This document shows positions 39,565 to 53,100 of a stretch of DNA of 63,856 bases, piece by piece. A program made the translations under genes and the position numbers. Each line of letters begins with the position of its first letter. Positions within the stretch are counted from its first letter, which is position 1. This stretch comes from Glycera tridactyla (Eukaryota): NCBI GenBank assembly GCA_965644265.1, contig OZ286465.1:78120145-78184000 (forward strand). Direction: 5' to 3'. The notes under the pieces are model-generated. The model was given only the letters and a program-made list of their open reading frames with translations, made no database searches and had not been told where the DNA came from.

Positions 39565-40236
39565 ACACTAAGGCGATTTTATTATAGTTTTCTCAATGCT
39601 TGAAGCAGGATAAGACACTTAATGACACGGGATGAGACAGTTTGCTGCGGATAGAGGCACATTGAGCATGATTGAGCACATATTCAGCATGGTCTGGCAA
39701 GTAATGACACGCAATGAGGCAGGGTGACACAGATTGCACCAGGCTTCAAGACATAATATATGACCAGGTTTGCATACAGTTTATGAATGGATAGTCAAAT
39801 CAGCCCAGTGTAAGAGCAAAGTGATAGCCACCATTTGAAGAAGGAGAAAAACTCTCACAGTGTATGATTGCAGTCTGTGCAAGAATGATGGTATCGCTCG
39901 TGAGGGTGGTGGGGAGGGTGGTCGTGCTAACTATCCATTCATAAACTGTATGCAAACCTGGTCATATATGTCTTGGATCGTGTCCCATCCACGTGTGAAA
40001 TCGTTTATGAATGGATAGTCAAATCAGCCCACTGTAAGAGCAAAATGATAGCCACCGTTTGAAGAAGGAGAAAAACTCTCACAGTGTATGATTGCAGTCT
40101 GTGCAAGAATGATGGTATCGCTGTTGAGGGTGGTGGGGAGGGTGGTCGTGCTAACTATCCATTCATAAACTGTATGCAAACCTGGTCATATATGTCTTGA
40201 ATCATGTCCCATCCACGTGTGAAATCGCCTTAGTGT
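39565..40236. mobile_element. MITE with perfect 15-bp TIRs and an internal 225-bp duplication
   Basis: acactaaggcgattt (39565-39579) / aaatcgccttagtgt (40222-40236). Internal repeat 39781 vs 40006. A ~40-bp internal inverted repeat at ~39757-39793 pairs with 39930-39969 and 40155-40194. Confidence 0.8.
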
Positions 40237-40729
40237 GGAGTCGGAATTAAAGTCCAAGCTGGGGACTCAAGACAGTTCGCTGCTATCACTATTTCAAGGA
40301 TCTGGTTCACTCAGACTCATATTTCTAAGTTTCAGAATCCGTCTTCTTTATCAAGATAGTTTTCACTATATTACTATAGATATGATCTGCATGGTCGATG
40401 GGATAGTTGAGTGGGTTGGTGGTTGGTTGAATCTCAAATATCCGTCGAGAGCACCTGCTGGGCTATGTGGATATGTTTAATTAAATAGATCCCTCTTCTG
40501 AGTCCCTCGCAGAAGATGATATGGTATGACTACAGAGTTATTTCACTGGCATTACCTGTGTAGCTCAGTGAAGATATGAACTGAGGTCTTTGGCGAGAGC
40601 TTAGGTACTAAATGTCGCGATTGACAGCGAATGATTATTTAAACGAAGGACACAACTGTTTACAGGTCACTTGATTCCAGAGGGTTGTAGAGGGATGATA
40701 TTGGCTGGAGGTAGGACCAGTGGTTCAGC

Positions 40730-42364
40730 ATGAGGCTAGCCTGGGCCATCTTGGCCCTGTGTCAGACATTGATGATAGTGGCAGCATTCGAGGGTGAACT
40801 GCCTCCGGTATCCTACAGTCCTGCCTGGCACTTCTCACCCGACCATCACAGCCTGACATTCTCAGATCACAGAGAACATGTTAAAGTGACGGAGATTCTG
40901 ACAAATGTATTCTGCAATATGTCTCACGATCTAGAGAGAATTATCATAAAAGCACATGTATCATATATCAACCGGCGTGCCTTCGAAGGTCTACACTTCT
41001 TGTCTGTACTAGATCTATCACAAAACAAGATGGCTGGACTGCGACGGAATATGTTTCTCCCACTAGCAAACCTGAATACTCTCGTAATGAGGAATAATAG
41101 AATCAATGAGATAGAAAATGGTACTTTCAATGCACTTCGGCTTTTGAGGAAATTGGATCTATTCGGCAATCGTCTATCATATCTGCATCAAGGAATGTTA
41201 GTGGGTCTACAATACCTCCGTCATATTGAGCTTGGCGGAAATCTAGTTTCTGCTATCGAGGAGAACGCCCTACATAGCCTCATACATCTACATACAATTG
41301 AATTGCGTGACAACTCCATATGTTTCTTGATTTCATCTTGCCCTGTAGTCAATCCTCTACAAAATGTAGACAGTAGCAATCACAGCAGAGAAACCTCTTG
41401 CCATAAATTTGTGTCTTTGTTGAACTTGGACTCCAATTGCATAGACACAATTGACAAAAAGATGTTCACCCAAATGAGCCAATTGCGCACGCTCCAGATT
41501 GCAGATAATAGCATCATATCCATTGAGCTTGGCGCATTCAAGAATCTTGGAGTTTTAATTCATCTGGATCTGCGGGATAATGATATCAAGTGTTTATACC
41601 AGGGCATCTTTGAAGGTTTGGAGCACCTGGAAGTTCTGTACCTCAATGACAATAGAATTCACACAATAGAGAGGGGCTCATTGTCCAAGATGAATTTAAG
41701 TCTATTGGATCTAGGAAGCAACCCCATGGATATCTTATTGGAGTATGTATTCTCGGATCAGGTAGATTTTGAACATTGGTCTAGTGGGATCACATATTCT
41801 AGGTGGGCTAACAAGACACATATTTGCATCAATCATTACGCTTCTTCTCTTTGTAATCAGGAGCGATTCGGTACATGTAGATGCTACTTCCACGGGGACA
41901 GAAGCAACAAAATTCTCCTTCTGAACAAAAATCGTATGAAGAGCATACAGACTGGTGCTTTCCATGGTATCTACACCCACTTGCAGCAGATGGATCTATC
42001 AAATAATCTTCTCCAGAATCTCACTCGTGGTATGTTCTGGTACCTGCAAAGTCTTCAGATACTTCATGTCAGGAGCAACATCATTCATCATATTGGGAGA
42101 AATGCCTTTGAGGGCCTTGCAAGCCTGAAATACCTTAATTTGGAAAGGAATATGATTGAGGTCATCTCTGAGGACAATTTTGATGAGCTGTCATGCCTCC
42201 AGGTTCTTAGCCTTTGGAAAAATCATATTGTGCTCATGGTGCCCAGGGCGGTAGCTGGCCTCAGCCAGCTGTGCACTCTGTGTGTTAACTCCAACAAAAT
42301 CAAGCATGCACCACGCCTGCACACAGCTGCATCTCTCACATGCATCAATCTGTCCTACAATCAG
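40730..42364 (+). CDS. Signal peptide + extracellular leucine-rich repeats, exon 1
   Basis: MRLAWAILALCQTLMIVAA signal-like N-terminus. Many typical LRRs (LDLSQNKMAGL, LDLRDNDIKCL, LNLERNMIEVI). Donor aatcag|gtgagt, phase 0. Confidence 0.85.
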
Positions 42365-42540
42365 GTGAGTCCTTAAGGTGGTCTGATGACATGTATTGAT
42401 TGATAAACTTTATTACAAAAACAGAATGACATTGTCATATCAATTGCTCCAGTGGAAATGTAACACAAAGAGCAAAACTCAGGAACTCATTGTTAATCCA
42501 TGGTTGGTGTCTATCTCTTATCACATAATCAGATTTGTCC

Positions 42541-42712
42541 TCCACCCGTGACTAGCGTACTGGGCTGGCATGCAATTGGTCCAGGGTTCAATCCCAGGGC
42601 CCACCATGCAGGAATGTTTCACCCTTCATCTTCGCTCCTCCTTGGCAGGTGGTCCGATTTAGCCTACTCAAGTGCAGAAAGTGGACCTAAAACAACACCA
42701 TTTCCATTTTCC
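42541..42712 (+). mobile_element. tRNA-derived SINE copy
   Basis: B box GGTTCAATCCC at 42585 followed by ccaccatgcagga, shared with the copy at 51873. ATTTCC-type tail. Confidence 0.65.
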
Positions 42713-45609
42713 ACCCGTGACGAGTGAAGGACAGCTTTTCGCGGGGAGTGGAATCTGTCGAAGCGTCCTCCACTCTAGAAGCCGTCCTCCACTCTAGTTA
42801 CCGGAACTATTTGTTTCCTCCTGTTTCTCACATTCAACACTGAATATCATGTCAAATTTTCGTAGTTATTCTCATTTCTCATTAATGGTGATCATGAGAT
42901 GAATATTGGAGCAAAACTTGCTTGGAGGATGGTCTTGGACAGATCGCACTCTTTTGCATTGGTAGTACACACAACACTCGCCACTGCATGGCTCGTGTTG
43001 TATTTCTGTGCCTGCAAACTTGTGCGATCCGTCCAACTGTCCTCCACGCTTGTTTGCTCCTATCTATTCACCTCCTCAGTGATGGTCGGGGCATGTGTCT
43101 CCATCATTCTCTGGAGCTGTCCCAGCGGATAGATATCGGCTTTTCAACTGATCTGATGTTTTCTATTGGGCTAAGGTCGAATATTTGTCAGGTCTTGGAC
43201 ATAATCCGCTCCTACAACTTTCCTGTAGCTTCTGAATTTTATTTGTTCCTGGTTTTAGGCAGCTTTGATAATGTCCTGCTAACAAAGGTTAGGGAGTGGT
43301 CGCTGAGACCGACAGGTAATACTCCTGAGCGACTGTAATAGTCTTTTTGGAGACAATCACATGATAGCTGTCGCACTGAGGGGTGTTACCCATGTGGGGA
43401 CATCAATCAGTTGATCCAGGCCTCTATCACATAAAAACTTACTGAGATGCTTAACTTAACTATAGCTTGTTTTGCCATGTTTGATGTTATTGTCACCTAG
43501 AATTCAAGCGTCAGCAATTGTTTCGAACAAAGCACAATACATAAAACAATGCAATATATCATATTGTGCAAAGAAAACATCGTGTTCATGCCAATAGTGC
43601 TGGCACAGCCTTTTCGAAGCCGAGAGTAGTAAAGGGGGCACTATACAGGCAGATCAAGAGGTAGGGGCACTCTACGGGCATACGTTTTTGACACCGTTAT
43701 ATACACGTAGCTTTCTGAAGGAAGCGGGTAAATAGGATGTAGATGATCACCATGGATGAGTCCTGATTGGATACACTCTCACCAGTGACATGAAAGTGTC
43801 GTTGGATATGACTTCAGAGATGGCACCGTCTGTAAATGCTTTACTAGGTACTTATGTGCCAATTATTGATTGTAGATATGTCATTGCAATTGTTCCCTGT
43901 TGCTCCATGAACTATAGTATGGCCCATGTGCACTACACAAGTCGACTATGGGAAAGTTCAAGTCATGCCACAATTTTTTTCTTCTATTCTCAGCCATATG
44001 ACTGACAGGAATCCAAAATTATAGTCTTCTATGAGTGTCAGCTCCCAACCTAATACTTGTTAGATATGCTATCGATGGACTCATTCTCGTGTCTTTCCTG
44101 TCATCTATTTCCAATTGACGAATCTTTTTGTTTTCATTATCTTAAGTTCGGGATTCATGAGAGAGATTTGAGCAGGGCGTAGAGCATACAGCTCCCATAA
44201 ACCGAAAATAAATACATATTGTCTCCCCCTATACATGGCTTGAATATATACTCTTTTGAGTTGATAGGTGCAATTGGATCCAAACCGACCATCAACCAAT
44301 ATGGCGTCAGTATATCAGACAATCCGGGATCAAGCAGTCATCAACAACTACATCACCAGGCAGAGAATACCCTGAAAGAAATTCCCATCTTTTCAATGTT
44401 GAAATAGTCATCTTCTTTCCTCCAGAACCAGTAATCAAAAAAGAATTTGAGATATCTCGATAATGCCTCAATATGGTGCTATATTTCCCCTCTTCTCACT
44501 CAAAGAATCAGCATAGCATCAAACGTTCATCCTCAAGATGATTGGATTTGAAGTCAAAGTGTTGGGGGTTTCACTCACCTACCCATGGAGGACTCCCCTT
44601 TGGACCTATTTGCTCAGTAAGAGGAAATGCTCCATAGGCGTATGAATACATGTTCTCAATGTTCTCAACACTGATTGTTGGAATCAACCACACATATACT
44701 TTTTTTTTTAATACAGAAAAGGTTTCATTCCACATAGTCACCAGGACCATAGAACTGTCCCAATTGTGATTTCCAAGCTTGGCGCTTGGCCTAGCAAACA
44801 CCTATTAGGCCAGCACCGCTGTTATTACTTCGAAGTACAGAGAACGAGGTAGACACAAGATCCCAGTGGATGTAACCACGTGTGGCCATAAAGCAAGAGT
44901 CCCTGTTCATGGGGTGATCTGAAGGATTATGCATGCCATTTATTCCTGAGTTATGAAAGTTGGGTGTTCTGTCACCTGCAGCCACCATTCCTATGAACCC
45001 CGAACATGAGATGATTGGGAACTAGCAATATCGAGTGGGAGTAGCTTTTGGTTTCGACACACCACTACCTACTGACAATAAAGCAAATGAAGCGAACATT
45101 AGACGACCAAAATCCTCCGTAGTATTAAAGAAAGGAACATCGAGATGATGCTTTTTCACCTCTTTCTCTCTCTGTCCCTCCCTGTCTCCCCCTGTCTCCC
45201 CCTGTCNNNNNNNNNNNNNNNNNNNNNNNNNNNNNNNNNNNNNNNNNNNNNNNNNNNNNNNNNNNNNNNNNNNNNNNNNNNNNNNNNNNNNNNNNNNNNN
45301 NNNNNNNNNNNNNNNNNNNNNNNNNNNNNNNNNNNNNNNNNNNNNNNNNNNNNNNNNNNNNNNNNNNNNNNNNNNNNNNNNNNNNNNNNNNNNNNNNNNN
45401 NNNNNNNNNNNNNNNNNNNNNNNNNNNNNNNNNNNNNNNNNNNNNNNNNNNNNNNNNNNNNNNNNNNNNNNNNNNNNNNNNNNNNNNNNNNNNNNNNNNN
45501 NNNNNNNNNNNNNNNNNNNNNNNNNNNNNNNNNNNNNNNNNNNNNNNNNTACTATTGTAACACGACGCTCTTGATTATTTCCCGCCATCCACTTCTATCA
45601 TATCCTACT

Positions 45610-45849
45610 TCAATTAAATGTTGAAGAGTCTTTTTCTGGTCTGCTGCAATTGACGTTGATGCTTGGTTCCTGTAGATGTTTTCTAATGATTTCCAACCAT
45701 GTTGAATGGGTTCTTCTGACTGGTCTTTTCACTCTTCTAAGTGCTTCCTTGAGCAAGCGTCCTGCAGGAGAGTAATCATGGAGTCTTAGCAGATAGCCTA
45801 GCTGGTTGAGCCTACGCCTTATGATGGTCTTTCTCCACTGCGTCGTCAC
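45610..45849 (-). mobile_element. RTE-like LINE 3' coding fragment
   Basis: RRRLNQLGYLLRL...PAGRLLKEAL...KRPVRRTHSTWLEIIRKHL resembles the RT C-terminal RRRLRWLGH...RP.GRP..TW...I.KDL. Confidence 0.7.
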
Positions 45850-46063
45850 TTCATATAGTACGGCTTCTCAATGGTGAATTTCTTTTTATGTTTGATATCC
45901 ATTCGTTTACATCAATATGTTTCATATCACACTCGCTACATACGCATTGGAAGTTCTCAATCTGATTTGTGGACTGACCTTTTCGCCAGTAAGGACTGTG
46001 TTAAAGGTATTGAAGGCATCAAAGGCCAGTGGTTTTCTTCTTCGTTTATTCAATTTTCTCCAG

Positions 46064-46415
46064 ATAGAGGCGGTGCCAGTCGGCTATTTCGAGGATAATC
46101 ACCATCTGATCAGTCTTCACCTAAAACGGAATCATGTACAAATACTCAAGGCATTCTCATTCGTCAATTTAACAGCATTAACGAGTCTTACGCTTTCTGA
46201 AAATAGTATATCTGTCATCAACGAGCATGCATTTCAAGGACTTACTGCACTGCGTGAGCTTGAACTGGATAGAAATAGGATCCACGAAAGTGACTTTAGT
46301 GGGATACCACTCAGGTGTAAGCTGAATTTGAAGAGTAACAAGATCACAAGTTTGAGTCGACTTCGTGGACTACCTGGACGACTTGATGTATATAGTGCCA
46401 ATTTCTTCTCTGATG
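46064..46415 (+). CDS. LRR exon 2
   Basis: Acceptor caattttctccag|ATA, phase 0, gives LSYNQ|IEAVP, completing an LRR. LTLSENSISVI, LELDRNRI. Donor gatg|gtaag, phase 1. Confidence 0.85.
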
Positions 46416-46452
46416 GTAAGCTACATCTTGCATTATGAATTGCTTGATAATA

Positions 46453-46985
46453 GTAAGTAAGTAAGTAAGTAAGTAAGTATTCATTTATTTGACTTCGAAA
46501 GCACATCACAATTCATACAATATTAAAAATAATATGATGAGGTTGCAATGTTGCGCGGGACATCTCGAAGGATGCAACCATCCCGTTTCGAAGGTTCACA
46601 CAACTGAAATAACATACAATTCATTTCTCACTGGTTCATACATCAATTTTTACTCAAGAATCTTCCCTATCTAGTTACTCTCCGTTATCCATGATAGTAG
46701 TGCTGTCTTAAACTGATCCAATTGTTCAATTGTTCTTATACTTTCAGGTAGTAAATTCCAACACTTCGAGCCTTCTACTGAAAATGACTGCATACCAGCC
46801 CTACTTCTACTCATAGGCACAACAAGATCATCCCTACATGCTCCTCTAGTGACTCTTCCATGTCTCATGCTAAGTGGCTCAAATAGTTCATTCAAATACA
46901 CTGGTGCTAATTTTCGAATACATTTATATACAAGAATGAGCAGATGGTACTGGGTCAGTACATCGGACATGTTTGGGATCATTCA
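46453..46985 (-). mobile_element. 5'-truncated CR1/L2 LINE 3' end
   Basis: LVYKCIRKLAPVYLNELF...TRG...SFSVEGSKCWNLLPESIR...FKTAL, followed by aataaa and a (CTTA)n tail. Confidence 0.85.
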
Positions 46986-47044
46986 GGACTCCTGTTTCAG
47001 GGTCCCAAGCGAAAAGTTGATTGGTTGGTTAGCTGGAATTCGAT

Positions 47045-47412
47045 GGCATGTGTGTGTGTGTATGTGTGTGTGTGTGACCGAGAGAGTGAGAGAGTGAGTG
47101 AGAGAGAAAGTGAGTATTTGAATGTTGATCACTCTGTAAAACTAATTGTTATTTATCCCATTTGTTTCAGGCAGTTGGCTGCGGTATCCAAATTCTGCAG
47201 ATAGTCTGGGTCCCAGTATCATGCCATACACAAACGCTAGCGTGAATACATGCAGATTCTGTAAGTTAACATCCATCTCTCATTATTAATCGGGGTATAT
47301 CATCACGATCAAATTTCATGTTGCCACTTGAGATTGCTGAGAGAGGGTATGGTGAAAGGAGTGTGCCCTGGTTTACCCCACTTTTGGGTACTGCCCTGGA
47401 TTTCATTGGGGA
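47045..47412 (+). repeat. Dispersed repeat copy 2 (homologous to 2360-2630) with a ~120-bp insertion
   Basis: Alignment by eye breaks at ~47196 and resumes at ~47318. Confidence 0.8.
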
Positions 47413-48262
47413 CCCAGGACATGCCGGTCAAAGTATGGGGTATTGGTGACCTGTTTTTTGTTGTCTTATGGGCACTAACTGTTGATGTTAAGGAGGTTGC
47501 ATCGTAAAAGGAAAACCCATCTCTTGATCCTATTTTTGTGTGTGCCTCACAATATATATGTGAAGTATTGGAAAATGGAAGAAAAATTATTACTCGGATA
47601 TGGTGATCAGTGGATGCATAGATATCTGAGTTTTTAGTGAAAATGTGTTGCTTAATCCAAAGCACCATCGAGAAATCACACAATTGTCACGCATTTATCT
47701 GCATAACACCTGAAGAAACCCAACTTTGAGAGTTTGAAAAAATCAGGTGTCATGGTTCTTATGAATTGTCCACAAGACATTTTATCCCTGGTTATCTGGA
47801 TCAAGGGCGAGGAAATATCTTGAGGACACTGTGACCTATCCAGTGACAACATGTGTTATCTATCAGTGGGGGCAGTTGATGGATACATAATGAGTTTTAT
47901 GGCATCTCAGCTACCCTCACTGACCTTTGAACCCATACTGAAGCTGCGCAGTCTCGCTGTGCACTGACAATTCTCTGCAACCTTCATGAGATGTCCGAGC
48001 AGAGGTCAGTAGTGGATAATATCGGGTTTTTCTCTTCTACATCCTCAACTGCAGGTAAGCTGATATGAAAATCACAGAAAATCAGTGTTATTCCAGACAG
48101 CACTATGAAGAACTTTCTGGATGATAATGAAAGGAATTGCAGGTCTATTACATATGTAAATGCATCCCATAGGACTGTTTTGTATGTTTAACAATTTGAT
48201 GATTGGATTGTTTGCACAGGTAACACCAGATTGGATCACGTTAGTGTAAACCTTGCAAGTAA

Positions 48263-49270
48263 CCCCATAGACAAGAAGGAGATGATCTGTGGTTATTTCT
48301 GTAAGAGACCAGCTGTCATATTTGACATAGATTTTTCTCAAAAGTGTCCCGTAGGGAGACGGACATTCAGCATACACAACTGTGGTGAGTGAGTACCCCA
48401 TGATATCACACAACTGTTTTGAGTGAGTACCCTCATGATGTCACGCAACTGTAGTGAGTGAGTACCCCTCCATGACGTCACAGGACTGTGGTGAGTGAGT
48501 ACCGCCATAATGTCACACAACTGGACCTCCATGACTTCAAAGGGTGTGATGAGTGAGTACCCTCCCGTGATGTCACACAATTGTGGTGAGTGAGAACCCC
48601 CATGATGTCACACAACTTTGGTGAGTGAGTACCGCCATAATGTCACACAACTGGACCTCCATGACTTCAAAGGGTGTGATGAGTGAGTACCCTCCCGTGA
48701 TGTCACACAATTGTGGTGAGTGAGTACCCCATGATGTCACACAACTTTGGTGAGTGAGTACCGCCATAATGTCACACAACTGGACCTCCATGACTTCAAA
48801 GGGTGTGATGAGTGAGTACCCTCCCGTGATGTCACACAATTGTGGTGAGTGAGTACCCCCATGATGTCACACAACTTTGGTGAGTGAGTACCCCTCCATG
48901 ACGTCACATGACTGTGGTGAGTGAGTACCCCTCCATGATGTCACATGACTGTGGTGAGTGAGTACCGAATGATGTCACACAACTGTGGTGATCGAGTACC
49001 ACCCGCATGACGTCACACAACTGTGGTGAGTGAGTACTCACACCATGATGTCACACAAAGTTGGTGAGTGAGTACCTCTCCATGATGTCAAAGGAGTGTG
49101 GTGAGTAAGTACCCCCATGATGTCACACGACTCTGGTGAATTAGTACCCACTCCATGATGTCACATGACTGTGGTGAGTGAGTACCCACCTCCATGACGT
49201 CACACAACTGTGGTGAGTACCCCTCCATATTGTCACACGACCGTGGTGAGTGAGTATCCCCCTCCATGAT
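48263..49270 (+). repeat. Dispersed repeat copy 2: flank plus ~35-bp minisatellite array with a ~130-bp higher-order block x3
   Basis: Unit gtggtgagtgagtacccc..atgatgtcacacaact. The variant block ctggacctccatgacttcaaaggg starts at 48521, 48651 and 48780. Confidence 0.9.
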
Positions 49271-49659
49271 TTCAGCATGAGAGAAGAATACTCTCTCCAT
49301 GATGGCAGGGTATGACCCATCAATGGATATATGAACGAGCCAACTTACTGGGTGACTAGGCATATGAACCCATATTGGCCAGTATCTCTTATATATCGTT
49401 TATGTTTTCTGTCCCAGTTCAGATTTCTCTGAGCATTTTCACTTTCTATAACTTCGATGATGCTGTTCCTGAAGCAGGCCTCAAAACCAACACATTTGAG
49501 ATGCTTTTTCGAGACAAGAGATCAATTTTTTAGACATAACACATTGAAGGCGAATGTGACGCTAAAATGACTGTCCCATAAAACGTTTAAAGGTTCTCAC
49601 CCCAGTGGCCACGGGAATGTGCAAGCAGCATTGACTGCTAACAATTTCAGTGCTGACTG

Positions 49660-50070
49660 ATCGTAACTCTGTCGAATCCAAATGTGGCGGGTACGTTTCA
49701 GATGCCAACTTCGTAAATGTTCATCTGATTCAACATTGGATGGAACGAATCGATTGTACAGGGGTTCCGGCGATCATCGAACCTAGTCACGGCTGCTATG
49801 TTTTTGCTTTTGAAGATGCTTACGCCCACTTTCCATTGGATTTTCACGACGAATCCGCTGCCATTATCGTCCGGTCTTTCCTATGTGAAACAATGGAGAT
49901 ACGGCCACCGCACCTGCCGCGAAACCAATGCGAAACTGACATATTTGGCGTTCTAAGGTGAAATATACAAGAGGACCTCGCCGTGATCACATTTCTAGTC
50001 GTCAGAGATATCAACAATGTCTGTCTGCAAGTATCATATAAATCTGGACTGGATTTGCGATGCTATGGCG
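49660..50070 (+). repeat. Diverged copy of the 31135-31500 repeat
   Basis: Shared ccaaatgtggc(a/g)ggtacgtttcag, ccggcgatcatcg, cgaatccgc..cattatcgtc and ggtgaaatatacaag. Confidence 0.75.
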
Positions 50071-50108
50071 ACAAATGTACCCGCCACGATTAAGCTAGAC
50101 AGACTGTA

Positions 50109-53100
50109 TAGTCCAGGCACATATGTCACATATACAGATCCGAAAATTCTTGGCACCATACATTTTCTCGATCCTTAGCCATCAGAGTTTCAGAAGAAAT
50201 TGTTGCCATTTTATTCTGATGGTCAAAAGTGAATTTTTTCATGATTGAAAACTATCATTCAGAATCGCCAATAAAAAAATTCTTGGCATGGTTATAATTA
50301 CTGACAAATATGCCAATTTTGAGATAAGCTATGAATGTATTTCACAAAGAGAGATGGAGATATACATTATTGAGGACAATCTTGTAATTTTCATGCATAT
50401 TTCTGGTGAAAATATGGCTAAAGTATCATTGAAACTGATGCTTCTATACAATGTACACGAATGTGACATTTTCTCAAATATAGAGGGTATTGATCAGTTC
50501 ACTTCACAAAGAAAGGGCTGTATATTATTACAAGAATCTCCCAATGAATAATTGGATTACAAGAAACCTTTGATGAATGATTGGTGAAACTCTATCAATC
50601 ATCATCATAGAAATAGTATACAATGCATCTTATGGTACCCAAGAAAACATAACACTTTCACAATTTTTTTCTATATCGCAAACTTTTCAGTCATCTGTTT
50701 TATCTAAATCTGTGCCATTATCACTCTGGCCAAAGTAGTGCAAAATGGTAATATCACAGGTTCCTTCTGAACCCTCACATCTGCACAATTTGGTACAGAT
50801 CATGTTCCGTCAACAGCATCGAAATCTGTGAACTGAGCACTTGTTGGAAGAACAACCACACGTAGCCATCTAGAGTAGCAAATCTGGAGCAGGTTTAGAC
50901 AAATTTTTCACTGGTACACAAGAGATGTCTATCCCTTCTCTACTCTATTTCATCCATAGTTTTCGAGTGATTGAAATGTTCATACTGGTGTGCATTTATT
51001 GCACCATATCATGGCTATGTTGTATGCTTGGAGTATCCCATACCATGGAGTACCTTCAGTTTGTGTTAGCTTCTCAGCTCCAGCATTTGACTGCCTGAAT
51101 AAAAGCTATCAGAGCTGGCCAACATCCTTCAGTTTCTCAGCTTGTATAGGAGAATTCTGGAACTGAAATCCTTTTCTGCAACAAACTCAGTCATCCCAGG
51201 TATGGTTGGCATAGCAGGTTTGATTGCTATCCCCGGTCAAAGATCCTGTAGTGTCTGTTCCTGTGGAGCAGACAAAGTTCTGGAAGTACGGCAACCATAT
51301 CCTCAATGCATTCAGGGATATCTGCCCCAGTTCATCAATCAAATCAATCTGTTGCTAGGATAAAAACATCAGTATCTGGAAAAAACAAGTCTACTGAAAA
51401 CCCTGCTTTGTTTTTATCCACAGAGTGCAATTACAACATTATATCGCCTTCTTGTGTACTGATGAGGTGACCAGCAATGGTGTGAAGCAATTTTGTGCCA
51501 CTTGCTTTTGTGATGACTGCAGTCTTGCTGCCAGTTTTGAATGTTTCCTGCAGAATATTCTGTTGGACTAGCTTTAGTTTTGAAATTGTCCAAGATGTCA
51601 GATATTGGTATTCTGATTGGTGTAGCCCCACTGCAGATTACTTGGTTTCTGTTTTTTTCCTTCTCTTTGATTGTTGGCTTTCAGTGAGTGTTCACTGCGA
51701 TGGTCAAACACAACATAAGGCAATCGTGTTTTTGGGATTTGTGTTTCTGAAAACCAAACAAGTAAGATGCTCAATCCTATCGATATTTGATGTCATGCTC
51801 CCTATTGATTCATTGTTAATCATTACCATTCCATCAAATATCAATGCTTTTGGCTTCCCTTACATAGAAGCCTGCCTTGGTGGCTCAGCGGTAGCATGCT
51901 GGGCCACCGTGCAATGGGCCTGGGGTTCAATCCCCGGTCCTACCATGCAGGAGCAGTTTTTTCAGCATCTGACAAGGCGAAGGTGCAGAGTGGAGAATCT
52001 GCTGCCTGTGATACACAGGGACCAATCAAAATCAAGATGCTCCCTCGTAGTCATCAGCATTGATACTCAATGTGAAGCCCCATCAAGGAGAGAATTTATG
52101 AAATTCAGACATTCAAGGTGTCATATATGGGTCCTCATCCATTGATATATCTCACATTTTCTCAAGAACTTTCGAGGGTAAGGGCTTATTGTTCCTGTAT
52201 CCATACATACTTCAGCAATATCATTGGCTCCCTTCACCCAGCTGGATTAAGCACGAAACTGTATGAACACGATTTATCTGTGGTATATAAGGGAGGTTGA
52301 ATGGACATTGAATAGAATAAGTTTCATCACAGTCACTTGTTCTAACATGGGATCTCATCAGGCCCCAATCATTTTGATATTTGGGGAATATTCCAAGAAG
52401 GAGATGAGTAGTGGAATGAATCCTTCTGATGGCCCTTTTGCTCAATTTCCATGATGGATAGAATTTGTTCAACACATCAGACTAGATACAGGTACCACAA
52501 GATCATTTCTAAATGAAAATATGTTCATGACAGTGCTAAGACAGTGGCAATTTTGTGAGGAGCAGATTGAGAGATGATGACATAGGAAAATTTGCGAGCA
52601 AATTCTCCAAAAATTTATTCAGTGTGGCTTGCCTATAAGTGAGATCTTCAAGGCCTTCCGTGAGCTTCATTCTCTTGTTTCCTTGATCAACAGCATTATC
52701 TGATCCTATGATTATGAATGCAATATGGTTCTTCTTTACCCAGAAGTTGCCTCGAATGAATGTATCCTAAGGAGGATGTTTTATGAACCCCAGCTTATTG
52801 AATTTACCAAGATATCATGGTAGATGCGGTGCATACTGGAGTCTATTCTGAGAAGAATAAGTGAAGCAATTTTCTCAACGATTCTAGATAGGCAAGTCAA
52901 AGTCCTCTCTTTGATCCCTCATTGAATACCACCGATATACTGACAAAGTAATTCGTGCACATCAGGAGTCTTTTTTAGTTTTCCTCAGGCTGACAAGTGC
53001 TCTTTTGTGGTATTTCTTCCCATCATGACGGCAGTTAAAGCCTGATCAAGAGATTCATGAAGCTGTGACATATTATGCAGATCAGGCATCATTTCCTCCC

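Noticed and set aside
42585-42595. tRNA gene (B box; also 51924)
   Set aside because: No cloverleaf, and the downstream sequence is shared between copies, indicating SINE heads.
51495-52145. 216-aa + strand ORF
   Set aside because: Antisense to Academ coding remnants and runs through a SINE; no domain signature.
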